64,000 nt of DNA from Bacilli bacterium (lineage in GTDB: Bacteria > Bacillota_I > Bacilli_A > RFN20 > CAG-826), in contig JAFRPF010000031.1 in assembly GCA_017429285.1 (NCBI GenBank), positions 11,161 through 75,160 on the forward strand, read 5' to 3'. A program made the position numbers and the translations under genes. Shown here piece by piece: positions 20,228-30,216 of the stretch (positions are counted from its first letter, which is position 1; each line of letters begins with the position of its first letter). The notes beneath the pieces were generated by a model. That model was given only the letters and a program-made list of their open reading frames with translations, was not told the origin of the DNA and did not search any database.

Positions 20228-21077
20228 CCTTATTTCCCTTTCTAGTAATTTGATTTACTAAATCATCAACACATTTGATGCTTTGAATATCAATATTTGC
20301 CCCTCTATCCTTAAGTAGCTTAGCTAATTTATATAAAGGAGGGATTTCAATCGCTGAAGATTCATTTATTTGATCAAATAATAAATCTGGAGTTCCTTGA
20401 TACACTAATTTGCCATCTTTTAATAAGAATACTAAGTTACAGTATTCCATTACTAATTCCATATCATGGGTGACAACAATAATGGTTTTGCCATCGTCAT
20501 GCATCTTTTTGACTAAAGACATGATGTCTTCAGTTCCTTTAACATCCAATCCAGCGGTGGGTTCATCAAGAACTAAGATATCTGGACTTAGCGCTAAAAT
20601 ACCTGCAATAGCGACCCTTCTTTTTTCTCCACCGGATAATTCAAATGGAGATTTTTGATAGAATTTTGGACCTAATCCAACTGATTCAAGGGCTTTATGC
20701 GCTTCTTTTAATGCATCTTGTTCTTTATAACCGAAGTTTTTTAAACCAAAAGCGACATCCTTTTCAACAGTCTCTTCGAATAATTGATATTCAGGGAATT
20801 GAAAAACAATACTTAAATGTTTTCTTAAACCTTTGATGTTTTTGTTTTTACGCTTATTACTAGTCACCACAAAGTCATCGACATGAACTTCACCACTTGT
20901 GGGTAATAATAAAGCGTTTAATGTTTGAATTAGGGTTGATTTACCTGAACCGGTTCTTCCAATAAAAGCCGCAAAAGAATTATTTGGTATTTCTAAAGAA
21001 ACGCCTTTTAAAGCTTCGCTAGAGTTAGGCGTTTTACGTAAATATGTATAGAAGAGATTTTCTATCTTGATGGGCAT
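20220..21077 (-). CDS. ecfA2: ECF transporter ATPase component A2
   Basis: Walker A GRTGSGKST, signature LSGGEKRR, Walker B ILVLDEP; start trimmed to the internal ATG preceded by GGAGG. Confidence 0.85.
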   Translation of the reverse strand: MPIKIENLFYTYLRKTPNSSEALKGVSLEIPNNSFAAFIGRTGSGKSTLIQTLNALLLPTSGEVHVDDFVVTSNKRKNKNIKGLRKHLSIVFQFPEYQLFEETVEKDVAFGLKNFGYKEQDALKEAHKALESVGLGPKFYQKSPFELSGGEKRRVAIAGILALSPDILVLDEPTAGLDVKGTEDIMSLVKKMHDDGKTIIVVTHDMELVMEYCNLVFLLKDGKLVYQGTPDLLFDQINESSAIEIPPLYKLAKLLKDRGANIDIQSIKCVDDLVNQITRKGNKDE

Positions 21078-21883
21078 AAAACCTCCGCTATTTCTTCTAA
21101 TGAAGAACACTTATTAATATCTATGTCTTTTTCTGAAAGTTTTTCTTTCAAATCCAAAATGAAAGGCATGCCTAAATGAAGTGACTCTAATGCGGTTCTA
21201 TTAGAAAACACTTCTTCCGGTTTTCCTTTAAACGCTACTTCACCTTTATTAATTACAATCACTTCATCACTTAAGAATGCTTCTTCCACATCATGGGTAA
21301 TAGATAAAATTGTTAAGTTAGGATTTTCTTTTTTCATCTCGAAAACAAGATTCTTAATATCGCTTTTACCTTTTGGATCAAGCATCGATGTTGCTTCATC
21401 TAAAATTAAGATTTCTGGGGCTAAAGCTAAAGCGGAAGCAATGGCCACTCTTTGCTTTTGTCCACCTGATAAACGAGATGGTTCTTTATCTAAAAATTCG
21501 TTCATTCCCACGCGTTTTGCGTAGTTTTTGACGATTTCTTGCATTTTTTGACGTTCAATTTGTTTGTTCTCTAAACCGAATGCAATATCATCTTCAACCG
21601 TCGCACCGATGAACTGATTGTCTGGATTTTGAAATACTAAACCAATCTTCTTTCTAATGTTACGGATAGTTTTATATGTGACTAATTCATTATCGATAGT
21701 TATATTTCCTTCAATTGGGGCGATAAGTCCGATAAGTAATCTCGCTAATGTCGATTTACCAGATCCATTATGGCCAACGATGGAAACATAAGACCCTTCT
21801 TTGACGTTAAAAGAAACATGTTTTAACACTGGTTCTTGGTTATTATATGAAAAACTTATGTTTTTAACTTCAATCTTATTCAT
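21062..21883 (-). CDS. ecfA1: ECF transporter ATPase component A1
   Basis: Walker A GHNGSGKST, signature LSGGQKQR, Walker B ILILDEATS. Confidence 0.85.
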   Translation of the reverse strand: MNKIEVKNISFSYNNQEPVLKHVSFNVKEGSYVSIVGHNGSGKSTLARLLIGLIAPIEGNITIDNELVTYKTIRNIRKKIGLVFQNPDNQFIGATVEDDIAFGLENKQIERQKMQEIVKNYAKRVGMNEFLDKEPSRLSGGQKQRVAIASALALAPEILILDEATSMLDPKGKSDIKNLVFEMKKENPNLTILSITHDVEEAFLSDEVIVINKGEVAFKGKPEEVFSNRTALESLHLGMPFILDLKEKLSEKDIDINKCSSLEEIAEVLCPSR

Positions 21884-21935
21884 GGACGTTATTATATCAC
21901 AGCTTTTAAGCTAAAAGACAATAACGTATGATAGG

Positions 21936-22499
21936 TCATTTCATCAACCGACGTAACTTACTAACTGCATTTTGAAATAAGTAATAGATTGTAGAACGAG
22001 ATTTACGCATCTCTTTGGCAATTTCTTTAAATTCATATCCTTCAAGAAACAAAGATACAATTCGATATTCCTGATAGGAAAATTGATTAGAATGTCGCAT
22101 GGTATTTAATATTGAACTAGTCAGATTCTCTTCTTTGAAATAAGTATCACTAAAACTAGAATCGTGAACTTTGATGTTATCAAAATTAAACGAATCATCA
22201 ATTCTTATTGTGGCCACATCTAAAACCGCTAGCTTTCGATGGCTTCTAACGAATTTAGAAATCTTATTAATCGCGATTAGTCTCCAATATGAATAGAAAC
22301 TATTCGGACCACTAGTATATCTTTCCATCGCTACTAGAGTGGCTTCATAAGCTACAGACATGTAATCTTCTACAGAAAAACTTAAATTTTCATAGATATC
22401 TTTTGATTCATTAGCGAGTTTCCATGCAAATTTTTGATATCTTTCTAATAGAATGTTTCTTGCTCTATCATCTCCATTACGTATTTCATCAAGTAGCAT
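21936..22499 (-). CDS. sigH: Sigma-70 family RNA polymerase sigma factor (SigH-like, minimal regions 2 and 4)
   Basis: 187 aa. C-terminal HTH EYRIVSLFLEGYEFKEIAKEMRKSRSTIYYLFQNAVSKLRR (region 4). Position downstream of cysS-rlmB matches the cysS-rlmB-(yacP)-sigH arrangement of Bacillus. Confidence 0.55.
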   Translation of the reverse strand: MLLDEIRNGDDRARNILLERYQKFAWKLANESKDIYENLSFSVEDYMSVAYEATLVAMERYTSGPNSFYSYWRLIAINKISKFVRSHRKLAVLDVATIRIDDSFNFDNIKVHDSSFSDTYFKEENLTSSILNTMRHSNQFSYQEYRIVSLFLEGYEFKEIAKEMRKSRSTIYYLFQNAVSKLRRLMK

Positions 22500-22526
22500 A
22501 TCATCAGTTGGATATGTTCTATCCGA

Positions 22527-22566
22527 AATAAAAAAATTCCCCCTTTCTTTATAATTTAGGAGGAAT
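22527..22566 (-). terminator. Intrinsic terminator after rlmB
   Basis: Stem AATTCCTCC/GGGGGAATT (one G-U pair) followed by a T7 run on the minus strand. Confidence 0.45.
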
Positions 22567-22578
22567 TAAATTGATAAT

Positions 22579-23328
22579 TTAATATTTCTCTCTTATCTGC
22601 GACATTAATATGCCTGCAGCAACAGATGCATTTAATGAATTAACATGCCCATATTGAGGGATTTTTACTATGTAATCAGAATTAGACAAAACTAATTTAG
22701 AAACACCTTGTCCTTCACTACCAATAATAAGAACAGTTTTAAAATCATAATCTAAGTCTTGATAATTAATTGTTCCAGAACCATCGGTAGAAACAACCCA
22801 AAATCCTTCTTCTTTTAGTTTAGAGATGGTCTGATTCAAATTGCCAATAAGCGCAACAGGCACATAATTAATCGCCCCTGCTGAAGTTTTGGCCACAGTC
22901 GCATTTAATGGTACTTGGTTATGTTTAGGAATTAATAAGCCAGTTGCTTTAAATACATCACAGCTTCTTAATATAGCTCCTAAGTTATGCGGATCGTTAA
23001 TTCCATCTAAAATAACGATAAGTGGTTTAGTTTCACTTTTTGCTAATTTTAAAATATGCTCCAAAGAAACATATTCATATTCTTTAATAAATGCAATAAT
23101 ACCCTGATGAACTCCATCGCATAAAGAATCAAGCTCATCATTGCTTTTAAAAGTAGTTTTCACATTCTTTTCCTTAATGAGATCGAGTATTTCTTTATGT
23201 GAGAATTTAGGCGTTAAAAAGATTGACTTTACGCGGTTAGCGTGTAAAGCTTCTTTAACTGAATTCCTCCCATAAATGACATTGTTTTTCGTTTCCATTA
23301 TTAAACTACTTTCTTTATTTAAAATCAC
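22579..23328 (-). CDS. rlmB: 23S rRNA (guanosine-2'-O)-methyltransferase RlmB (SpoU/TrmH family)
   Basis: 249 aa; N-terminal IYGRNSVKEAL substrate-binding domain and C-terminal SPOUT motifs (LIIGSEGQGVS, NVSVAAGILM); true start may be the internal Met (METKNN). Confidence 0.8.
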   Translation of the reverse strand: MILNKESSLIMETKNNVIYGRNSVKEALHANRVKSIFLTPKFSHKEILDLIKEKNVKTTFKSNDELDSLCDGVHQGIIAFIKEYEYVSLEHILKLAKSETKPLIVILDGINDPHNLGAILRSCDVFKATGLLIPKHNQVPLNATVAKTSAGAINYVPVALIGNLNQTISKLKEEGFWVVSTDGSGTINYQDLDYDFKTVLIIGSEGQGVSKLVLSNSDYIVKIPQYGHVNSLNASVAAGILMSQIREKY

Positions 23329-23354
23329 TATAAATTTTATCTATATAATAGAGA

Positions 23355-24698
23355 TTACAAAATTCCCTTTTGTATTAAAATTTGACGAATTTCATCGCTT
23401 TTTGCAAAGTCTTTTGCCTGTTTTGCGGCCAAATAAGCACTCACTAATTCTTCAATTTCTTTATCAAATTTAACATAGGTTATATTTAACCCTAAAACTG
23501 AAAACATATCAGTGAGAGTTTTGAACTGATTATTAAGTGTTATAAAATCAATTTCTCTACTTCTTAAAGTTTGATTACTTTCTTTAATTAATTTATAAAC
23601 TTCAGTTAATGCGTTCGCAGTATTAAGATCATCTGCTAAAGAGGCGATAAACTGATCAATATAAACAGGTTTGCCTTCATCTAAATTAATATGATTCATC
23701 TGTAAGGTGAAAGCCATTTGTTTATAAGCCGCTTGCATCTTATTAACTTCTTGCATCGCCGCATTCACTGTTTCATCAGTAAAATTCACAGGTTGACGAT
23801 AATGGGCGTTTAAAATCACTAGTCTAGTGACCGCTCCGCCATATTTTTCAATCATGTCTTTAGCGTAGACAACATTGCCTAGTGATTTAGACATCTTTTC
23901 ATTACCGAAATTGATGAATGCATTATGCATCCAATAATTAGCAATCTTATTATGATGCATCGCTTCAGCTTGAGCGATTTCATTTTCATGATGTGGGAAT
24001 TTTAAATCATATCCACCACCATGAATATCGATGAAATGATTTGGGAAGATAGAATCAATCATCACTGTACATTCTGTATGCCAGCCTGGACGACCTTTTC
24101 CCCAGGGTGAATCCCATCTCACACCAGTATCGGTTTTCTTCCACAAAGCGAAATCTAAAGGAGATTCTTTTTTAGAATTTTCTTCGATTCTAGCGCCGAC
24201 AATTAAATCTTCGACGTTAATTCCGGATAAGGTTCCATAATCTTTGATTTTAGGAACACGGAAATAAACATCTCCATCCACCACATAAGCGGCATCAAGT
24301 TTAACTAAAGCATCGATATATTCGATAATCTTATTAATATATTCAGTCACCTTAGGTGTGATGTTTGGTTTTTCACTACCTATCGCTTTTGTGACCTTTA
24401 AAAATTCTTGTATATAAAATTCTGTTAATTCCTTTTCACTTTTTCCTTCTTTTTGGGCTTCCTTAATGATCTTATCATCGACATCGGTAAAATTACTGAC
24501 ATAAGTAACTTTGTAGCCTACGTAGCGTAAAAAGCGTCTTAAAGTATCGAAGACCACAACTGGTCTCATATTACCAATATGAGGATAGTTATAAACAGTC
24601 GGTCCACAGACATACATGGACACTTCACCATCTTTAATTGGTTTAAATTCTTCAAGTTTATTGGTTAAGGAATTGTAGAATACTATTTTCATAAGCAA
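23355..24698 (-). CDS. cysS: Cysteine--tRNA ligase
   Basis: 447 aa; class I HIGN (HIGNMRP) and KMSKS motifs; Zn-binding Cys/His positions. Confidence 0.95.
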   Translation of the reverse strand: MLMKIVFYNSLTNKLEEFKPIKDGEVSMYVCGPTVYNYPHIGNMRPVVVFDTLRRFLRYVGYKVTYVSNFTDVDDKIIKEAQKEGKSEKELTEFYIQEFLKVTKAIGSEKPNITPKVTEYINKIIEYIDALVKLDAAYVVDGDVYFRVPKIKDYGTLSGINVEDLIVGARIEENSKKESPLDFALWKKTDTGVRWDSPWGKGRPGWHTECTVMIDSIFPNHFIDIHGGGYDLKFPHHENEIAQAEAMHHNKIANYWMHNAFINFGNEKMSKSLGNVVYAKDMIEKYGGAVTRLVILNAHYRQPVNFTDETVNAAMQEVNKMQAAYKQMAFTLQMNHINLDEGKPVYIDQFIASLADDLNTANALTEVYKLIKESNQTLRSREIDFITLNNQFKTLTDMFSVLGLNITYVKFDKEIEELVSAYLAAKQAKDFAKSDEIRQILIQKGIL

Positions 24699-24730
24699 GT
24701 AGAGGGGGCGATTTAACCGCCCCCATAAAA

Positions 24731-26482
24731 TTAATCAGGATATTTTTCTCTCTTAGAATTGTAGTGAGTGTGCAATAATTTTTCACTTAATTCAGATAGA
24801 GGTTCACCAAGGAATTCTTTATATAATTTTTGAATATCCTTGTTATTGTGTGATTGTCTAATAACTTGTCTTTCATCTTCGCTATATAAAACACTCGCAC
24901 GTTTTTGACGATAAGTATCTAAGATATCATCATCTTCATTTGGTAATAAGGATGGTTGAACATATGGTTGACCACCACCGTTAATACATCCACCTGGGCA
25001 ACCCATAATTTCGATAAAGGCATATGGAGATTTACCTTCTTTAACTTCTTGGACTAATTTAGAAGCGTTCTTCATACCTGAAGCAATCGCTACTTTAATA
25101 CCAAGTTCTTTAATTTCAGCTTCTCTAACGCCTTCTAAACCACGGACATTTTCAAATACGATTCTATCGTATTCTTTACCGGTTAAGACAAAGTAAGCAG
25201 TTCTTAAAGCCGCTTCCATAACACCACCGGTAACACCGAAGATAACACCAGCACCAGAATAATCGCCTAATAAGTCAGCATCAAACTCTTCTTCTGGTAA
25301 TTTTTGCCAGTTAATACCGGAACGTTTGATCATCTTAGCTAATTCACGTGTCGTTAAAACAGCGTCGACATCTTGATCCATTTCTGGACGTTGTCTTTCA
25401 TATTTTTTCGCCGTACAAGGCATAATGGAAACCACAAAAATATCTTTAGGATCTAAATCATGTTTCTTAGCGAAATAAGATTTAATAATCGCACCCACCA
25501 TCATATGTGGGGATTTACATGTTGAGATATGTGGAATGATTTCTGGATAGAAATATTCCATATAGTTAATCCAACCTGGTGAGCAGGATGTGATTTGTGG
25601 TAAAACACCTTTGTTCTTAATTCTATGAATTAATTCATAGCCTTCTTCCATGATGGTTAAGTCCGCGCCGAAGATTGTGTCAAAGACACGATAGAAACCT
25701 AAACGATGTAAGGCAGCAACCATTTTACCAGTACCAGGAGTACCAATCTTTTCACCAAATTCTTCAGCGATAGCAGCTCTGACAGCCGGAGCGGTTTGAA
25801 CAATAACTTTCTTACCAGCTCTAAAGGCTTCATCAACCTTTTCAATTTCACTATGCTCCATTAACGCACCGACAGGACAGACGTTAACGCATTGTCCACA
25901 TTGCATACATGGGACATTAGCGAAGCTTCTATTTTGGACAGGACCAACAATGGTCTTAAAGCCACGATTTTCAAAACCTAAGATGGAAATACCTTGGGCT
26001 TCTTTACATCTTTCAATACATCTACCACATAAAATACATTTTGCCGTATTTCTGATGATGCCAGGAGCGACTTCGTCATAGGTCTTTTCTGTGGTTTGAC
26101 CAACATATTTACCTTCTCTAGCACCGACCATTTCCGCGACATGTAATAATTCGCAGTGTCCATTTTTTGGACATTGTAAGCAGTTTTTCTCGTGGTTAGA
26201 GAGGATTAATTCCACACTAGCTCTACGAGCTTCCACGGCTTTTGGTGAAGAAATAGAGATTTCCATTCCTTCATTGACTGGATAAACGCATGAGGCACAT
26301 AATCCACGAGCACCTTTAACTTCCACTAAACAAACACGGCAGCTTGCTCTAGAGCATTTACCGTGGTTAAAAGCACATAAGGAAGGGATTTCATAGCCGC
26401 ATTTACGGCATGCTTCTAAGACGGTCAAAGAATTATCAACTTGATAATCGCGACCTTCGATTTTGATATTTACTAAAGCCAT
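24731..26482 (-). CDS. hydA: [FeFe]-hydrogenase catalytic subunit with N-terminal 2Fe-2S and 4Fe-4S ferredoxin domains
   Basis: 583 aa; H-cluster motifs TSCSPGW (L1), MPCTAKKYE (L2), EIMGCPGGCINGGGQP (L3); N-terminal Cys clusters. Confidence 0.85.
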   Translation of the reverse strand: MALVNIKIEGRDYQVDNSLTVLEACRKCGYEIPSLCAFNHGKCSRASCRVCLVEVKGARGLCASCVYPVNEGMEISISSPKAVEARRASVELILSNHEKNCLQCPKNGHCELLHVAEMVGAREGKYVGQTTEKTYDEVAPGIIRNTAKCILCGRCIERCKEAQGISILGFENRGFKTIVGPVQNRSFANVPCMQCGQCVNVCPVGALMEHSEIEKVDEAFRAGKKVIVQTAPAVRAAIAEEFGEKIGTPGTGKMVAALHRLGFYRVFDTIFGADLTIMEEGYELIHRIKNKGVLPQITSCSPGWINYMEYFYPEIIPHISTCKSPHMMVGAIIKSYFAKKHDLDPKDIFVVSIMPCTAKKYERQRPEMDQDVDAVLTTRELAKMIKRSGINWQKLPEEEFDADLLGDYSGAGVIFGVTGGVMEAALRTAYFVLTGKEYDRIVFENVRGLEGVREAEIKELGIKVAIASGMKNASKLVQEVKEGKSPYAFIEIMGCPGGCINGGGQPYVQPSLLPNEDDDILDTYRQKRASVLYSEDERQVIRQSHNNKDIQKLYKEFLGEPLSELSEKLLHTHYNSKREKYPD

Positions 26483-26496
26483 AATCTTTCTCCTCC

Positions 26497-28389
26497 TTAT
26501 CTTTTAACAATCGCGCCGAATTTACATCCAGCCATACAGCTACCACATTTCACACACTTATTTGGATCGATGTGATGGACAAATTTATTTGGAATTTTCG
26601 CTGGTTGATCAGTAGGTGTAATACAACCAACTGGGCAGTTTCTTGCACATAATGTACAACCCATACATTTCTCTGGAAGAATATAGTATTCCATCATATT
26701 TTTACAAACATGAGCAGGACATTTATGATCCTTAACATGAGCTTCATATTCTTCTGGGAAAGCTTTCATCGTGGAAAGAATTGGGTTAGTCGCGGTTTGG
26801 CCTAAAGCGCATAAGGAGTTAGATTGAATGAATTTGGATAATTCTTTTAAATCTTCTAAATCCTTTTCTTCGCCTTTGCCATCGCAGATCTTGGTTAAGA
26901 TGTCTAAACATCTTCTGGTACCAATACGACATGGAGAACATTTACCACATGATTCATCGCAGATAAATGTCATATAGAATTTAGCGACGTCCACCATACA
27001 GTTATCTTCATCCATGACAATGGCACCACCAGAACCCATCATACTTCCAGCGGCTACTAAGCTACCAAAGTCGATTGGTGTATCTAAGTCTTTTTCGGTT
27101 AAACAACCACCAGATGGACCACCTGTTTGAATGGCTTTAAATTTCTTACCACCAGGGATACCACCACCGATATCATAGATTAATTGTCTTAAAGTAGTTC
27201 CCATTGGAACTTCAACTAAGCCAACGTTATTCACTTTGCCACCTAAAGCAAAGACTTTTGTACCTTTAGTGTCATCTGTACCGATACTAGCGAATTTCTC
27301 CCATCCTTCTCTTAAGATGAACGGAACACACGCTAATGTTTCGACGTTATTAACGACAGATGGATGTCCCCATAAACCCTTCACCGCCGGGAATGGAGGA
27401 CGAGGACGCGGCATACCACGTTTACCTTCAATAGAATTGATTAAGGCAGTTTCTTCACCACATACGAAGGCGCCTGCACCTAATCTAATATGACAACGGA
27501 ATGAGAAGTCTGTACCTAAGATGTGATCACCTAAAATACCAATTTCTTCTAATTCCTTAATCGCTTTTGCTAAACGTTTAACGGCGATTGGATATTCCGC
27601 TCTGACGTAGAAATAACCATCATTTGCGCCAATCGCATAACCAGCGATCATCATACCTTCGATAACCGCACATGGATTTCCTTCAATAATAGAACGATCC
27701 ATAAAGGCTCCTGGGTCACCTTCGTCACCATTACAAATCATGTATTTTGGTTCGTCAGTGTCAGGAACAAATGACCACTTTCTTCCTGTTGGGAAGCCAG
27801 CGCCACCTCTACCTCTTAATCCAGATTTTAAGACTTCATCGATGACTTCTTTTCTGGACATATGTAAGGCTCTATTTAAGCCTTGGAAAGCACCATTACC
27901 GATCGCTTCTTCAATATCTTCTGGATTGATTTCACCATTACCATGTAAAGCGATATCTCTTCTTTGTAATTTATAGAAGTTAATATCGTGTTGTTTTTGT
28001 ACATGTTCTTTAGTTTGAGGATCAACAAATAATAATCTGGTAACGATTTCGTTATTTAAGATATCTTTTTCAAAGATTTCTTCCGCATCAGATGGTTTCA
28101 CTTTTGTGTACAAGGTTTCTTCTGGGAAGATCTTAACGAATGGGCCTTGAGAACAGAAACCGAAACATCCAACGATGTTGGCGGTCACTTTATCTTCTAA
28201 ACCATTCTTTTTAATTAATTCTTGGAATTTTTCTAAGGTCACTTGGCTGTCCGCGGATAAACAACCGGTACCACCGCAGACGACGATCGCTTTATGACCG
28301 GGTTCACAGTGGAATTTCTTTTGCAAACAACTACCGCAGTGGTTAAATCTCTCTTGGAGTTCTTTTTCATTATTAATACGATTCATCAT
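26497..28389 (-). CDS. hydB: Hydrogenase NAD(P)-binding flavoprotein subunit (NuoF-like, HydB/HndC)
   Basis: 630 aa; N-terminal thioredoxin-like 2Fe-2S module, FMN/NADH site GRGGAGFPTGRKW, C-terminal two 4Fe-4S motifs. Confidence 0.8.
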   Translation of the reverse strand: MMNRINNEKELQERFNHCGSCLQKKFHCEPGHKAIVVCGGTGCLSADSQVTLEKFQELIKKNGLEDKVTANIVGCFGFCSQGPFVKIFPEETLYTKVKPSDAEEIFEKDILNNEIVTRLLFVDPQTKEHVQKQHDINFYKLQRRDIALHGNGEINPEDIEEAIGNGAFQGLNRALHMSRKEVIDEVLKSGLRGRGGAGFPTGRKWSFVPDTDEPKYMICNGDEGDPGAFMDRSIIEGNPCAVIEGMMIAGYAIGANDGYFYVRAEYPIAVKRLAKAIKELEEIGILGDHILGTDFSFRCHIRLGAGAFVCGEETALINSIEGKRGMPRPRPPFPAVKGLWGHPSVVNNVETLACVPFILREGWEKFASIGTDDTKGTKVFALGGKVNNVGLVEVPMGTTLRQLIYDIGGGIPGGKKFKAIQTGGPSGGCLTEKDLDTPIDFGSLVAAGSMMGSGGAIVMDEDNCMVDVAKFYMTFICDESCGKCSPCRIGTRRCLDILTKICDGKGEEKDLEDLKELSKFIQSNSLCALGQTATNPILSTMKAFPEEYEAHVKDHKCPAHVCKNMMEYYILPEKCMGCTLCARNCPVGCITPTDQPAKIPNKFVHHIDPNKCVKCGSCMAGCKFGAIVKR

Positions 28390-28871
28390 TAAGCCTCCAT
28401 AGCGCGATATTCTGCAATAATGTTTTTAACATTATCAACTTTCACTTGTGGATAAACTTTGCCGTTAATACTAACAGCGGGAGCGACCGCACAAGCACCG
28501 ATACAACGTAAGACGTCAATTGTGAATAAGCCGTCTGGGGTTGTTTCACCTGGTTTGATGTTTAATAGTTCCGCAAATTTATCGAGTACTAAATTGCTAC
28601 CCTTAACATAGCAAGCAGTACCTAAACAGACACCAACAACATATTTGCCTTTAGGTGTCATAGAGAAAAAGGAATAAAATGTCACAACACCATAGATTTC
28701 ACTAACTGGTACACCGGTTAATTTACTGACTAATTCTTGAACTTCTAAAGGAATATAACCATATTCTTTTTGAATGTCTTCAAGAATCATCATCGTGGAT
28801 GTTGGTTCATCTTTATACCTTTCTACAATTTCTGTAATAAGTTTTACAGCTTGAGGTTGTAATTTTGCCAT
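28389..28871 (-). CDS. hydC: Hydrogenase 2Fe-2S subunit (NuoE-like, HydC/HndA)
   Basis: 160 aa; NuoE-type Cys pattern CLGTACYVKGS...RCIGACAVAP; start of hydB overlaps its stop by 1 nt. Confidence 0.8.
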   Translation of the reverse strand: MAKLQPQAVKLITEIVERYKDEPTSTMMILEDIQKEYGYIPLEVQELVSKLTGVPVSEIYGVVTFYSFFSMTPKGKYVVGVCLGTACYVKGSNLVLDKFAELLNIKPGETTPDGLFTIDVLRCIGACAVAPAVSINGKVYPQVKVDNVKNIIAEYRAMEA

Positions 28872-29020
28872 AATAGCCTCCTACTTGGTTACTATTTCGT
28901 GAGTATATCACGCGTATTATTTTACGTGTAAATGCGCTTATGTGTAAATAAGAGAAATGAAAAAGTATTGTTAATGAATAAATTTGATAAATAAAATATG
29001 ATATCTAAGAGGTAGGAATT

Positions 29021-30052
29021 ATGAAAATTGCATTTTTTGACACAAAAGAATACGACAAAGACGCATTTAATATATACGCGGAAGAAAGAAATATTGAAGT
29101 CAAATATTTTGAACCAAGATTAAATATCGATACCGTAAGTTTAACAAAAGGTTTTGACGCAGTATGCGCATTTGTGAACGACGATTTAAATAAAGAAGTT
29201 ATCGATCGTTTATATGAAAATGGTGTTAGAGCCATATTCTTAAGATGCGCAGGTTTTAATAATGTCGATGTCAAAGCTTGCTTTGGTAAGATTCATGTTT
29301 ATCGAGTTCCCGCTTATTCTCCTTATGCAGTCGCGGAACACGCGATGGCCTTATATATGACCAATAACCGTCGTATCCATAAAGCCTATAATAGAACCAG
29401 AGAATATAATTTCTCCCTAAATGGATTAACCGGAAATGATATGCATGGGAAAACAGTCGGTGTTATCGGAACCGGAAGAATTGGAAAATGCTTTATCAAT
29501 ATCTGTAAAGGTTTTGGGATGAATGTCCTTTGTTATGATGCCTATCCAAGTGATGATTCCTTAAATTACACCTCTTTAGATGAAATCTTTGAAAAGAGCG
29601 ACATCATCTCTTTACACTGCCCATTAACGGAAGAAACCAAACATCTAATAAATAAAGATAGTATCGCTAAAATGAAAAAGGGTGTATCCATCATCAATAC
29701 TTCAAGAGGTGGGTTAATAGATGCTAAAGCGTTACTCAAAGGAATTACCGATAGAAAGATCGGTTCTGCATGCTTAGATGTCTACGAAGAAGAAGCTGAT
29801 TTATTCTATGAAGATAAGTCTGGTCACATTATGAATGATGATACATTATTAAGATTAATTTCTATGCCTAACGTCATCATTACCTCTCACCAAGCTTTCT
29901 TAACTCATGAAGCATTAGAAAACATCGCTGATACCACGACACAAAACATTTTAAGCTTCTTCAATAAAGAGGAAGTTAATGCGAACGAAATCTGCTATAG
30001 ATGCGGCCACCAAGAGATATGCAAAAAAGCCAGAAAACAAAAATGTTTCTAG
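29021..30052 (+). CDS. ldhA: D-lactate dehydrogenase / D-isomer-specific 2-hydroxyacid dehydrogenase
   Basis: 343 aa; NAD motif GVIGTGRIG, catalytic R/E/H of the D-2-hydroxyacid dehydrogenase family; N-terminus MKIAFFDTKEYDKDAF typical of LdhA; unusual C-terminal CxxC...C...C tail. Confidence 0.8.
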   Translation: MKIAFFDTKEYDKDAFNIYAEERNIEVKYFEPRLNIDTVSLTKGFDAVCAFVNDDLNKEVIDRLYENGVRAIFLRCAGFNNVDVKACFGKIHVYRVPAYSPYAVAEHAMALYMTNNRRIHKAYNRTREYNFSLNGLTGNDMHGKTVGVIGTGRIGKCFINICKGFGMNVLCYDAYPSDDSLNYTSLDEIFEKSDIISLHCPLTEETKHLINKDSIAKMKKGVSIINTSRGGLIDAKALLKGITDRKIGSACLDVYEEEADLFYEDKSGHIMNDDTLLRLISMPNVIITSHQAFLTHEALENIADTTTQNILSFFNKEEVNANEICYRCGHQEICKKARKQKCF

Positions 30053-30080
30053 TAAAATAAGCCACTTTTGCAATAAAAAT

Positions 30081-30108
30081 GCCGGATTTTCTTTAGATCC
30101 GGCTTTTA
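30081..30108 (+). terminator. Intrinsic terminator after ldhA
   Basis: GCCGGAT-tttctttag-ATCCGGC followed by TTTT. Confidence 0.5.
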
Positions 30109-30216
30109 TATATTTTCTTTAAGCTTTTTAATTTATAATACTAACCAATAAGTTTTTTCTTAGTCACTTATGATCCTTTAATTCATATCAGTTATTGAAG
30201 CTGCGATGACTTATTT

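Noticed and set aside
24699-24730. Possible T-box/attenuator upstream of cysS
   Set aside because: Only 32 nt separate hydA and cysS. The single GC hairpin cannot form a specifier/antiterminator T-box architecture. Treated as a terminator/attenuator hairpin only.
29005-29274. 89-aa ORF antisense to ldhA N-terminus
   Set aside because: Overlaps a well-supported conserved gene on the opposite strand.
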